Positions 10,187-17,027 of a stretch of 64,000 bases of DNA are shown one piece after another (the first letter of the stretch is position 1; every line of letters begins with the position of its first letter). Source of the DNA: an uncultured Eubacteriales bacterium (GTDB taxonomy: Bacteria > Bacillota > Clostridia > Christensenellales > UBA1242); NCBI GenBank assembly GCA_948512295.1, contig CAOQRA010000001.1, forward strand, positions 18,800 to 82,799. Reading direction: 5' to 3'. Below the pieces are notes generated by a model, which saw only the letters and a program-made list of their open reading frames with translations, was not told where the DNA came from and did no database searches. The position numbers and the translations under genes were made by a program.

Positions 10187-11119
10187 TTTAAGCTTTATAT
10201 GGTCAAGCATTCTAATTTTTGCCATAAAACTTTTTTCAAAGGCTTTACGATTGACTCCAGTTACAAGTTTTACATTCCCTCCGCTGTGCGGCGTAGCATA
10301 AGTTTTGCCAGGGATGTCGTCTTCATTTAAACTTACAGCCACATCTACGCGCTTGGTGGTAAAAAGCTCTGGCTCTACTAAATATAGATAGGCATCAGTG
10401 TCATTTGTTGCTATACGTTTGTCTGGGTAGCCATGTTCCCAATAAGTTTGATAAATTTCTTCCAAAAATTTACCAGTGTCATTCATGGTTCCAATCTCTT
10501 CAATCATATTTTGTGTGAGGTGGGTGTACTCGCGTCCAAGCACAGAGGGGATAATAACAAGTGGGATTCCGCTATCAATTATGATTTTCGCAGCTTCTGG
10601 ATCCGTGCTAATGTTAAACGAGATATGTTCTCCCCAGCCGGGTAATGCAAAAGGTGCAAAGCCCTCAAATATGATTTGTTTAATAAGAGGTATTACGTCT
10701 GGATATTGCCATAAGAGTTTTCCAATATTGGTGTGTGGGCCAAACATTAAAAGAGTGACTTCGTGGGGATTTTCACGTATAATGCGTGCCATAGCGTTAA
10801 GCGCATCTTCTTTTATAGGCTGGGTTTTGGCTTTAGGCGGAATGTAAGTTGGACCCATTCCATGCTCGCCATGCAGCCATGCGGCGTCAGCGGAATCACG
10901 GAATAACGCTTTTTCACTACCTCGAGCCACCGGAGTATTTTTGCCGAACTTTTCAAGTAAATGAAGCATGTTATTGGTTGCTATGTCCACTTTGATGTTA
11001 CCTTTTACTGTGACATAAAGTTTGACGTCTAGTCTTTCGTCAAACATAGTAAAAATTAATGCTGTTGTGTCGTCAATACCTGGATCGGTATCAATTATGA
11101 CTTTGTGTTTGTTATCCAT
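10184..11119 (-). CDS. Nucleoside hydrolase (inosine/uridine-preferring family)
   Basis: N-terminal signature VIIDTDPGIDDTTAL, about 310 aa, which is typical IUNH length. Confidence 0.88.
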   Translation of the reverse strand: MDNKHKVIIDTDPGIDDTTALIFTMFDERLDVKLYVTVKGNIKVDIATNNMLHLLEKFGKNTPVARGSEKALFRDSADAAWLHGEHGMGPTYIPPKAKTQPIKEDALNAMARIIRENPHEVTLLMFGPHTNIGKLLWQYPDVIPLIKQIIFEGFAPFALPGWGEHISFNISTDPEAAKIIIDSGIPLVIIPSVLGREYTHLTQNMIEEIGTMNDTGKFLEEIYQTYWEHGYPDKRIATNDTDAYLYLVEPELFTTKRVDVAVSLNEDDIPGKTYATPHSGGNVKLVTGVNRKAFEKSFMAKIRMLDHIKLK

Positions 11120-11223
11120 AGTATTATTGTATATTAAAAAATAAAATTATGCAAATAAAATGTATATTTAATTTGAGATTTTGCGCATTAGTGGTAAAAT
11201 AAGGCTGTACATAAGGAGAAATA

Positions 11224-12735
11224 ATGCGCTTTAAATGTAAGATTTGCGGATATGAATACATGGGGGATGTTACAAAAAAATCAGCTGCTTGGACGTGCCC
11301 GGAATGCGGCGTGCCTAAAACATATTTTGAAAAAATTGAAAATAATAAGCCTAGGGTGGTTGAATTTAAATCGGATGCGGGGGACGAGCCTATTTATATT
11401 GATGTTAATAAAGATAGTCAAAGTCTGTGCCGAAAGGAGAATTTGTGCGTATATTGTGGAAATTGTAAACTCGCATGTAAAAGTCAAGGCGTATATGGTA
11501 AGTTTGATAGTAAAAAGATTAAGTGTAAGAGCATTTGTATAGATTGTGGTCAATGTACGCTAAAGTGTCCGACGGGAGCTATAAATTATAAAAATGACAT
11601 TGAAAAAGTGAAAAATTGCTTAAAAAACAAGGAAAAAACAGTAATTTTTCAAATTGCTCCAGCGGTTAGAGTTGCGCTTGGCGAAATGTTGGCCCTGCCA
11701 AGCGGCTTTAATTGTGAGGGTAAAATAGTTGCTGCATTGAAAAGTTTAGGTGCAGATTATGTATTTGACACCACGTTTGGGGCTGACCTTACCATCATGG
11801 AAGAAGCGACCGAACTTATAGAAAGACTGAATGGTGCGAGAGAGGAAAATACAAAGGGTATAATGCCTCCCACGTTTACAAGTTGCTGCCCGGCTTGGGT
11901 GAAGTTTGCAGAAATATTTTATCCTGAAATACTTAAAAGTTTATCTACGGCCAAAAGTCCAATTTTAATGCAAGGTGCAATTATAAAAACATATTTCGCT
12001 AAAATGGCGAAAATAGCACCAGAAGATATAATTAGTATTGCAATCACACCGTGCACAGCGAAGAAAGCAGAGATAGCGAAGGTGGAAATGTGTGCAAGTG
12101 GAAGATTTCATAATAAACCTTTGCGCGATGTAGACATTGTTTTAACGCTGCGAGAACTTGCCGAGCTTATAAAGCAAGAAAACATAGATTTTAAAACGTT
12201 GGCAGAAGAAAATTTTGACAGCCCTCTTGGCAAGGCTAGTGGTGGCGGTGTGATTTTTGGCAAAAGTGGTGGGGTTATGGAGTCCGCTCTACGTACCTTG
12301 CACTATTTTATGACAGGTCAAAATTTGCAAAAGCCTATTGAATTTAGAGGAAGTAAGGGAATAAAAGAAGCTTATATAGAGATACAAGATAAAAAATTAC
12401 ATATTGCGGTGGTTTCGGGTAGTGCAAACGTGCATAAAATTATAGACAAAATACGAAAAGGCGAGCACTATGATTTTATTGAGGTTATGGCATGCCCAGG
12501 CGGCTGTCTTGGTGGAGGAGGAACTCCAAAACTTGGAATGAGCGACATGACTGTATTAAATGATCGCAGCGAGGCACTTACAAAAATGGACGAAAATTCT
12601 AAGTTTCGCGCTGCTCATGAAAACAAGGAAATACAAGAGTTATATCAAGAGTTTTTAAAGGCTCCTTGTTCCAATTTAGCGAAAAAACTTTTACATACAA
12701 GTTATGTTGATAAAAGTGACATGCTTGGGAAGTAG
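11224..12735 (+). CDS. hydA: [FeFe]-hydrogenase catalytic subunit with N-terminal rubredoxin-like Zn ribbon and two 4Fe-4S ferredoxin motifs
   Basis: H-cluster motifs are present: FTSCCPAW, ITPCTAKKAE, EVMACPGGCLGGGG. Two CxxCxxCxxxCP clusters are present (CVYCGNCKLAC, CIDCGQCTLKCP). The N-terminus reads CKICGYEY...WTCPECG. SD aaggag precedes the start. Confidence 0.9.
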   Translation: MRFKCKICGYEYMGDVTKKSAAWTCPECGVPKTYFEKIENNKPRVVEFKSDAGDEPIYIDVNKDSQSLCRKENLCVYCGNCKLACKSQGVYGKFDSKKIKCKSICIDCGQCTLKCPTGAINYKNDIEKVKNCLKNKEKTVIFQIAPAVRVALGEMLALPSGFNCEGKIVAALKSLGADYVFDTTFGADLTIMEEATELIERLNGAREENTKGIMPPTFTSCCPAWVKFAEIFYPEILKSLSTAKSPILMQGAIIKTYFAKMAKIAPEDIISIAITPCTAKKAEIAKVEMCASGRFHNKPLRDVDIVLTLRELAELIKQENIDFKTLAEENFDSPLGKASGGGVIFGKSGGVMESALRTLHYFMTGQNLQKPIEFRGSKGIKEAYIEIQDKKLHIAVVSGSANVHKIIDKIRKGEHYDFIEVMACPGGCLGGGGTPKLGMSDMTVLNDRSEALTKMDENSKFRAAHENKEIQELYQEFLKAPCSNLAKKLLHTSYVDKSDMLGK

Positions 12736-12817
12736 CGAGTAGTTCATCGGAAATGCGCTATTAACTGCGTTTAAAAATATAAAGCAAAACTTCGTGCAAT
12801 GTATATTTTATATTAAT

Positions 12818-12845
12818 AAAACGCTTACATAAAAGTAAGCGTTTT
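12818..12845. terminator. Bidirectional rho-independent terminator
   Basis: Perfect 11-bp stem aaaacgcttac / gtaagcgtttt with a 6-nt loop, between convergent genes hydA (+) and the 72-aa ORF (-). Confidence 0.85.
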
Positions 12846-12877
12846 GTATGATGTTATTGCAAAGTCTTTTACTTTTC

Positions 12878-13096
12878 TTAGCCTTTATAACGGTCAAGAT
12901 TGGCACGGATTGCTTCAATTAGACGTTTTTCTGCTGCAACTTTTTTGTCTTTTGCAACTTTTGTGCAAACTGAAGTGCTGTAAAGTTTTGAGAAGTCATC
13001 TACTAGATTTTTAAGGTGTACGATATCAAGGATGTTCTCTGAGCCACAAAGTTCTTCTTCAGTAGGTGTTGTTACATTAGCATTGTTCTTTTCCAT
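12878..13096 (-). CDS. Hypothetical 72-aa protein
   Basis: ORF with a good SD (taggagattttatATG) and a terminator downstream. No recognisable family. Confidence 0.55.
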   Translation of the reverse strand: MEKNNANVTTPTEEELCGSENILDIVHLKNLVDDFSKLYSTSVCTKVAKDKKVAAEKRLIEAIRANLDRYKG

Positions 13097-13435
13097 ATAA
13101 AATCTCCTATATATTAAATTTTTTTTGTCTCTGTTTACATAAAGTTACTATTTCACCCTTATGTAGTGTAGTTCCTGCTTTGAGGCGAGACTGGCTACGT
13201 TGCAGAACAATCTTTATCGCAATGAGGAAGCTATTGCGCTTTAAATGATTGCGTACTATATATTATGTACGGGAGGTTTAAAAAATGCTCAAATATTGGA
13301 CAAACCTTTATTTATGATTTTGTCATAACTATAAAAGCCAAGCTTGTCCTTTTTCTTTTATGATACAAACCAATTTAAAATACTTAATATAAAAAAAGCA
13401 TGGACTCTCTTTTGTGTGTCCATACTTATTTTTTG

Positions 13436-13523
13436 TGGCGGAGAGTGGCGGATTCGAACCGCCGAAGCCTTGCGGCTTACCGCTTTTCGAGAGCGGCACA
13501 TTCGACCTCTCTGACAACTCTCC
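13436..13523 (-). tRNA. tRNA-Ser (anticodon CGA), CCA encoded
   Basis: Hand-folded cloverleaf. Acceptor GGAGAGT/ACTCTCC, anticodon stem ccgct/agcgg with loop CU-CGA-AA, long variable arm (aagcc-gca-aggctt), T-arm ggcgg-ttcgaat-ccgcc, 3' GCCA. Confidence 0.92.
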
Positions 13524-13611
13524 ATGCCAAAGCATTGTACTACAAATTTAATAATTTTGCAAGAAGTTTTACTTTACTTTAAATATTTATTTAATTTTAC
13601 AATGAAATTAA

Positions 13612-13640
13612 TTGTAAAATTCCTTTTATTATGTTAAAAT
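13612..13640 (+). promoter_or_regulatory. Sigma-A-type promoter for pilin-like paralog P1
   Basis: TTGTAA (13612-13617), 17-nt spacer, TAAAAT (13635-13640) preceded by TGt (extended -10). This favours the ATG at 13661 over 13631 as the start. Confidence 0.5.
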
Positions 13641-13660
13641 ATTGCATAGGAGTTTTAATT

Positions 13661-13987
13661 ATGATTTCAAATTTACTGTCAACTCTTGACTTTAGATTTC
13701 TTGGACCTTATTCTTGGCTAAACGATGTATATGATACACTGCCATATATTCTTTATGCAATCCTAGCGCTTATCGGAGGCGTGGGTGTTGTTTATTCTAT
13801 TATACTTGGCATCAATCTTGCAAAAAGCGAAAGTGATGATGCGCGTAAAAAGGCAGTTGAACGTTTAAAAAACACTATCATTGGCGTTGCAGTTTTGCTT
13901 GTGTTAGTATTATTTATAAATGTTTTGCTTCCGCTTATTCTTAAAGCAGCACTTCCGTCAGATTATATAGGTCAAATAAAAACTTAG
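13661..13987 (+). CDS. Two-TM small membrane protein, T4SS (TrbC/VirB2-type) pilin-like, paralog P1
   Basis: SD taggag lies 8 nt before ATG 13661. Layout is helix 1 (YAILALIGGVGVVYSIILGINLA), charged loop (KSESDDARKKAVERLKN), helix 2 (TIIGVAVLLVLVLFINVLLPLIL). It is paralogous to 14297-14683 and 14816-15178. Confidence 0.7.
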   Translation: MISNLLSTLDFRFLGPYSWLNDVYDTLPYILYAILALIGGVGVVYSIILGINLAKSESDDARKKAVERLKNTIIGVAVLLVLVLFINVLLPLILKAALPSDYIGQIKT

Positions 13988-14009
13988 CAAGTTCGCTAAG
14001 TTTTTTTTT
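13982..14009 (+). terminator. Rho-independent terminator of P1
   Basis: Stem acttagc / gctaagt overlaps the TAG stop and is followed by a 9-T run. Confidence 0.8.
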
Positions 14010-14073
14010 AATTTGTAATTATGGAAGCCTAGATGTGTAGTAATTAAGAACTAATTTGGTAAACTCTTATTTT

Positions 14074-14237
14074 TGTCTGACTGAGAGCAAAGCACGAAGA
14101 AACTTTTATACGACATTAGTACACAAACAAACTAAAAAGATGTTTCGACTCACTCGCTATGCTCGTGGCTCAACATGATATACACGGGTTTTGTCTTTAA
14201 CATATGTATGTCATTTTGACGCTTTCGGAAGAATCTT
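14074..14237. repeat. Three dispersed copies (mixed orientation) of the short ATGACA-type repeat
   Basis: 14074-14103 tgtctgactgagagcaaagcacgaagaaac (reverse). 14137-14180 aagatgtttcgactcactcgctatgctcgtggctcaacatgata (forward). 14209-14237 tgtcattttgacgctttcggaagaatctt (reverse). Same family as the 15447-15745 array. Confidence 0.65.
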
Positions 14238-14258
14238 ATTACAAGGTAATAGTTGCAA

Positions 14259-14290
14259 CAAAAAAACTCATCCGAAAGGGGATGAGTTTT
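14259..14290 (-). terminator. Rho-independent terminator of P2
   Basis: Stem ctcatcc / ggatgag. On the minus strand it is followed by a 7-T run and lies 7 nt after the stop. Confidence 0.85.
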
Positions 14291-14296
14291 ATTTTG

Positions 14297-14683
14297 TTAT
14301 CTTAAGGTAAGCATTTTAAACATTCCAATAACCGCGTCAGATCCGCCTGGTTTAGTTGGATTATTAATGTCCTGGCCAATAAATGCTTGAACAATGAGAG
14401 GCATCAATTCATTAAAGAATAATACGAGAACAATAGTAACAGCAACGGCGATTAAAGCGGTGATTAAGTGTTTTTTAGCATCATCACGTTTAGATTGTTC
14501 GTCAGCTCTTGCAAGTTGAATACCAAGCCAAATAGCATAAATTGCACCAGCGGCACCGACAATGCCCATTATGATGTATAGAACAATACTAATTGTTCCA
14601 AAAATTTGTCCCATCCAGCCATAAGTTTTGTTTTCAGGTGGGAACAAGTTTGCCCAGCCCAATAAATTAGAAAGAAAATTCAT
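14297..14683 (-). CDS. Two-TM small membrane protein, T4SS pilin-like, paralog P2
   Basis: SD ggagg 6 nt before the ATG. Layout is GIVGAAGAIYAIWLGIQLA, then loop RADEQSKRDDAKKH, then LITALIAVAVTIVLVLFFN. It has its own terminator. Confidence 0.8.
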   Translation of the reverse strand: MNFLSNLLGWANLFPPENKTYGWMGQIFGTISIVLYIIMGIVGAAGAIYAIWLGIQLARADEQSKRDDAKKHLITALIAVAVTIVLVLFFNELMPLIVQAFIGQDINNPTKPGGSDAVIGMFKMLTLR

Positions 14684-14725
14684 AAAAAACCTCCAAAATT
14701 TTATTTTAATATAATTTACATGTTG

Positions 14726-14753
14726 AGTATATCATAAGGATAAGCATACACAA
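14726..14753 (-). promoter_or_regulatory. Candidate promoter for P2
   Basis: On the minus strand: TTGTGT, 16-nt spacer, TATACT preceded by TGa (extended -10). Confidence 0.4.
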
Positions 14754-14815
14754 AATTATTTTTAGACAAATTTCTAAAAATATTTATAAATTATTAACTT
14801 TAGAGTTTTTTTTGT

Positions 14816-15178
14816 TTAGTTCCATTGCCATTTGCCAGCGCTATCCTGTGTAACTAAATCGCCATAAACACATCCGCCCATAAATGCTTTTACTATTTCT
14901 GGTAGTAACAAGTTAAAGAATAACACAAGAACAACTGTAACAGCAACGGCGACTAAACATGTGATTAAATGTTTTTTCGCATCATCGCGCTTAGATTGTT
15001 CGTCAGCTCTTGCAAGCTGAACACCCAGCCAAATTGCGTAAATCGCTCCAACTGCACCTACAATTCCCATAACGATGTATAACACAATGGATATTGTGTC
15101 AAATATTTGTCCCATCCATGAGTAGTCAGATACATTGGTTGGACGTTCTCCGGCAATGTCTTTAATTTTTGGAAACAA
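14816..15178 (-). CDS. Two-TM small membrane protein, T4SS pilin-like, paralog P3, with anomalous 5' end (TTG start or 5'-disrupted)
   Basis: The core WMGQIFDTISIVLYIVMGIVGAVGAIYAIWLGVQLARADEQSKRDDAKKHLI is nearly identical to P2 in protein, but many synonymous nucleotide differences exist. The open frame begins at TTG 15178. The ancestral SD+ATG (15237) is out of frame behind a G6 tract, and an in-frame TGA (15185-15187) aligns with a Trp codon of P2. Confidence 0.55.
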   Translation of the reverse strand: MFPKIKDIAGERPTNVSDYSWMGQIFDTISIVLYIVMGIVGAVGAIYAIWLGVQLARADEQSKRDDAKKHLITCLVAVAVTVVLVLFFNLLLPEIVKAFMGGCVYGDLVTQDSAGKWQWN

Positions 15179-15393
15179 ATCCGCTCATCCAGTTAATAAT
15201 TTTGAGAGTACGTTTATCCTCCCCCCATCATGTTCATTACCTCCTTAAATTTATTTTATAAAACTATGTTATCATAAAAAAAAATAATTTCCAAATAATT
15301 TTACAATATTTTTTATTTTTTTTATTTTATTTATTATATATTTTTTATTTAATATTGATTAGGGGATTTTTTAGAGATTTATTACAAATAAAA

Positions 15394-15425
15394 AGCAGAT
15401 TAATTTTGATTTAATCAGCTTTTTT
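15394..15425. terminator. Bidirectional hairpin terminator between P3 and the repeat array
   Basis: agcagattaa / ttaatcagct (9 of 10 bp) with a 7-nt loop, flanked by an A5 run and a T5 run. Confidence 0.6.
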
Positions 15426-15446
15426 ATGCTATTAAATTGTTTTTTT

Positions 15447-15745
15447 GAGATTTCTCAATTTTTGCGTTTTCGCTTGCTATTTTGAGCATTATCCGAAAAA
15501 TCTCGGAAACGCTTCGGTCGAAATGACAAACGCGGCAAGAAACGGAGAAATCTCAAGGTTTTGAAGTTAAATGATGTCTCCGCGTTGGTCGACATGACAA
15601 TCGGATGAGATTTTTCGGCTCAGCTCAACATGACACGAAAAAGATCAGATTTTTCCGCTACGTTCGCCTTGCTTACTTTGGTTGAAATGACATGCGGTGG
15701 CAGAGATGTCTCCACTATTAGGTGGCTAAGCCACTCGAAATGACA
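15447..15745 (+). repeat. Tandem array of about 6 degenerate 35-60 bp units (5' AGAT-TCTC-like box ... 3' TCGAAATGACA-like box)
   Basis: 3' boxes end at 15488 (attttgagca, variant), 15528 (tcgaaatgaca), 15599 (tcgacatgaca), 15635 (tcaacatgaca), 15692 (ttgaaatgaca) and 15745 (tcgaaatgaca). 5' boxes are gagatttctc, aaaatctcgg, gaaatctcaa, gagatttttcgg, cagatttttccg and gagatgtctcc. No ORF on either strand. Confidence 0.75.
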
Positions 15746-15763
15746 ATGAGTGGTTGAGAAACT

Positions 15764-15795
15764 AAAAAACTGGTTGCACTTGCAACCTAGTTTTT
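15764..15795. terminator. Bidirectional hairpin terminator (serves the 61-aa gene on the minus strand)
   Basis: ctggttgca / tgcaacc(t)ag stem with one bulge, an A6 run upstream and a T5 run downstream. Confidence 0.6.
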
Positions 15796-15844
15796 ATTTT
15801 TAATTTGTAGTCTGGCTTTTAATATTACTATTTAGCTTATTTAA

Positions 15845-16030
15845 TTAGAAAAACCTTGCAGCGCTTGCATTTGGACAAGTATTTGGGCAGCAGCCGCCAT
15901 TGTTATTGAATCCGCCAAGTGCTAGCAATAATAGAAGCAAGAAATTGGTGTTATTATTAAGATCAGTATTAGTTGCAGAGGACAACACTGACAATAATAA
16001 AACTAGCATAATATCCTGTGAAAAATTCAT
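15845..16030 (-). CDS. Small hydrophobic Cys-rich peptide (61 aa), unknown function
   Basis: SD aaggag is 6 nt before the second ATG (16030). The sequence has two hydrophobic stretches and the tail LALGGFNNNGGCCPNTCPNASAARFF. A terminator follows, and it is divergent from an ArsR-family gene. Confidence 0.5.
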   Translation of the reverse strand: MNFSQDIMLVLLLSVLSSATNTDLNNNTNFLLLLLLALGGFNNNGGCCPNTCPNASAARFF

Positions 16031-16185
16031 AAACATCTCCTTTCAACAAAAAATTTAAAAATACATCAAAATAATGTTTTTAAAAACAAAATTTATCTTG
16101 ATTTTGTCATTTGTTTTTTGGCAAAATTTAATTGCTACAAAAATATATATGAAATTTATGTAAAAAGGTGTGAAAAAAGTGTATT

Positions 16186-16521
16186 ATGGAAAATAAATTT
16201 TTGTTATTAAACGAGCGCAATAAAAGAGATATAATAGGGGCATTACCTGCCGAACAGGATATGTTTAAGCTTGCTGATTATTTTCAAAACTTTTCTGATG
16301 TAACTAGAATTAAAATTTTGTCTTGTTTATCTATGATGGATATGTGTGTCAACGATTTATCCAATGTTTTAGGTATTAATCAAACTACAATATCGCATCA
16401 GCTTAAACTTTTAAAGGACCAAAATCTTGTAACCTATAAGCGAGATGGTAAAATCTTAGTTTATATGCTTACAAGTGGACATGTAAACGACATTATGCTT
16501 TATGCGATAAATGCTTTTTGA
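16186..16521 (+). CDS. ArsR/SmtB-family metalloregulator-type HTH repressor
   Basis: FSDVTRIKILSCLSMMDMCVNDLSNVLGINQTTISHQLKLLKDQNLV matches the typical ArsR winged HTH, with a Cys at the alpha-3 position. Confidence 0.85.
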   Translation: MENKFLLLNERNKRDIIGALPAEQDMFKLADYFQNFSDVTRIKILSCLSMMDMCVNDLSNVLGINQTTISHQLKLLKDQNLVTYKRDGKILVYMLTSGHVNDIMLYAINAF

Positions 16522-16565
16522 TTGACAAAGCTTAAGTTTCGTGGCATACTTAGTTTGGAGATAAT

Positions 16566-17027
16566 ATGAAACGAACGATTGAACAGCTTAATGAGATGTC
16601 CTTTGACTTGCCTAAGACTTGGCAAGTAACAGATGAGGTTTACAGTTTGCCAAATGGTCAAGGCATGACAAACATTGAAAATTATGTATCTAGCCAAGGT
16701 GAGGTAATTTCGCTCTTTGTGGTCCAGCGTGACCCTAATGATTTTTTTACCTATTATGACAGTCTTATAGCCAAATATCCGACTTTGACTCAAAAATATC
16801 AGCTTGCAGGCAAGTTTCAATTGAAAGTAGGCGAATTTGTATTGCCAACTTATATAATAAAAGGCATGCAAGATAAGCTTTTTACTACGCAAATTTTTGT
16901 CAATTGTGGAGATTGTTTGGCATGCTTTATGTTTGGGCTTTCAAGTTTTGATGGCGATATTAAAAATTCCATTAAGAGTGAGCACATTTTACAAGAGGTA
17001 ATTAAGATCTTGAGGTCGGTAGAATGA
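16566..17027 (+). CDS. Hypothetical protein (153 aa)
   Basis: ORF with SD ggag. Its stop overlaps the queH start (ATGA). No recognisable family. Confidence 0.6.
   Translation: MKRTIEQLNEMSFDLPKTWQVTDEVYSLPNGQGMTNIENYVSSQGEVISLFVVQRDPNDFFTYYDSLIAKYPTLTQKYQLAGKFQLKVGEFVLPTYIIKGMQDKLFTTQIFVNCGDCLACFMFGLSSFDGDIKNSIKSEHILQEVIKILRSVE

Noticed and set aside
13329-13582. Track ORFs 13329-13535 (-) and 13400-13582 (+)
   Set aside because: Both overlap the tRNA-Ser gene (13436-13523) and lack SD sequences, so they are spurious.
15185-15187. TGA read as Trp (genetic code 4/25), suggested by the TGA/TGG alignment between P3 and P2
   Set aside because: Two ORFs of 8.6 and 10.6 kb and all housekeeping genes are uninterrupted under the standard code. 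Trp is encoded by TGG throughout. A single TGG to TGA change is the simpler reading.
15447-15745. CRISPR array
   Set aside because: The units are degenerate rather than identical, their spacing is irregular (about 35-60 bp), there is no repeat/spacer alternation, and no cas genes are in the window.
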